A stretch of 63,747 nucleotides of DNA, taken from Octopus bimaculoides (lineage: Eukaryota). How positions within the stretch are numbered: position 1 is the stretch's first letter; every line of letters starts with the position of its first letter. Below the pieces are notes generated by a model. The model searched no databases. It had not been told where the DNA came from and saw only the letters and a program-made list of their open reading frames with translations. A program made the translations under genes and the position numbers. Location of the stretch: positions 26,619,033 to 26,682,779 of the forward strand of contig NC_068987.1 of the NCBI RefSeq assembly GCF_001194135.2, given 5' to 3'. This document shows positions 63,138 through 63,747 of this stretch, in pieces.

Positions 63138-63747
63138 CATGTAGGTATGTCTGCACGTTTGTGTATTGTTTTATGTGTGTGTGTCTGTACGTTCAAGAAG
63201 GGTAATATTTTAAAAGACCATTCATAACAGTACAACAAATAGTGATGCATTAAAGATTTAAATATTTTAGCTAAGAACGTCTTATCAGCAATACGATAGC
63301 TCTTATGAAACTGAATAATTTAACGACGTATATCTTGGACGAATATTTTCGATGCTATAACCGAAATTGTTCCGAAAATTTGAATCTCACAGAATCATTC
63401 TATATAACCTAGATTGAATTACAGAATATTAGTATTCACTTCCAAATGCCTAGCGAATCTATTATATTAGCGGAAGAGGAGATATTTTTCTACATCGGTA
63501 AAACTGTAAAACACACATACGCGCGCGCGCGCATGTACGCACAGGCTCACGCACATACATGCTTCTATGTATATATATATATGCATGTGCTTGTATGTGT
63601 ATTTGTTCGTTTATAGGCCTGTGCGTGTATTTATATTTATATATATATATATGTTTGTAGGCATTTAGGTATCTATCTTTCTATCTCTCTCTCTCTTTCT
63701 CTCTCTCTATATACATACATATATATTTGCATATATATATATATATA

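Noticed and set aside
2501-63250. Dozens of 60-390 aa ORFs rich in YI, HT, CV, SL, ER, poly-S, poly-I, poly-Y or X
   Set aside because: They are translations of microsatellites and N-gaps, not genes.

Overview
AT-rich, microsatellite-dense eukaryotic genomic DNA from a draft assembly with about 20 N-gaps, most flanked by (TA)n or (CA)n. The SINE families and repeat landscape suggest a coleoid cephalopod such as Octopus (inference). No host protein-coding gene can be firmly identified; the window looks intergenic or intronic, and nearly all long ORFs in the supplied track are microsatellite or N-gap artefacts. Recognisable retroelements are a near full-length, frameshifted Hero-like (R2 superfamily, RLE-type) non-LTR retrotransposon at about 13.4-17.6 kb, three decayed RTE-clade LINE fragments, three R4/Dong-like fragments (two ending in (TAA)n tracts, Dong's known target) and about 20 copies or fragments of four tRNA-derived SINE families (labelled A-D here). 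DNA transposons are a TIR-bearing Tc1/mariner deletion derivative and a pogo/Tigger-like MITE; there is also a 99-bp tandem array. The most interesting signals are RNA-structural. Two well-formed type I hammerhead ribozyme motifs of the Penelope-associated minimal kind occur at 956-992 (+) and 21961-22017 (-), the latter enclosed in a perfect 23-bp inverted repeat beside a gap. There is also a truncated third motif and two tandem, imperfect hammerhead-like cores in the Hero 3' end. All folding was done by eye and no database searches were possible.
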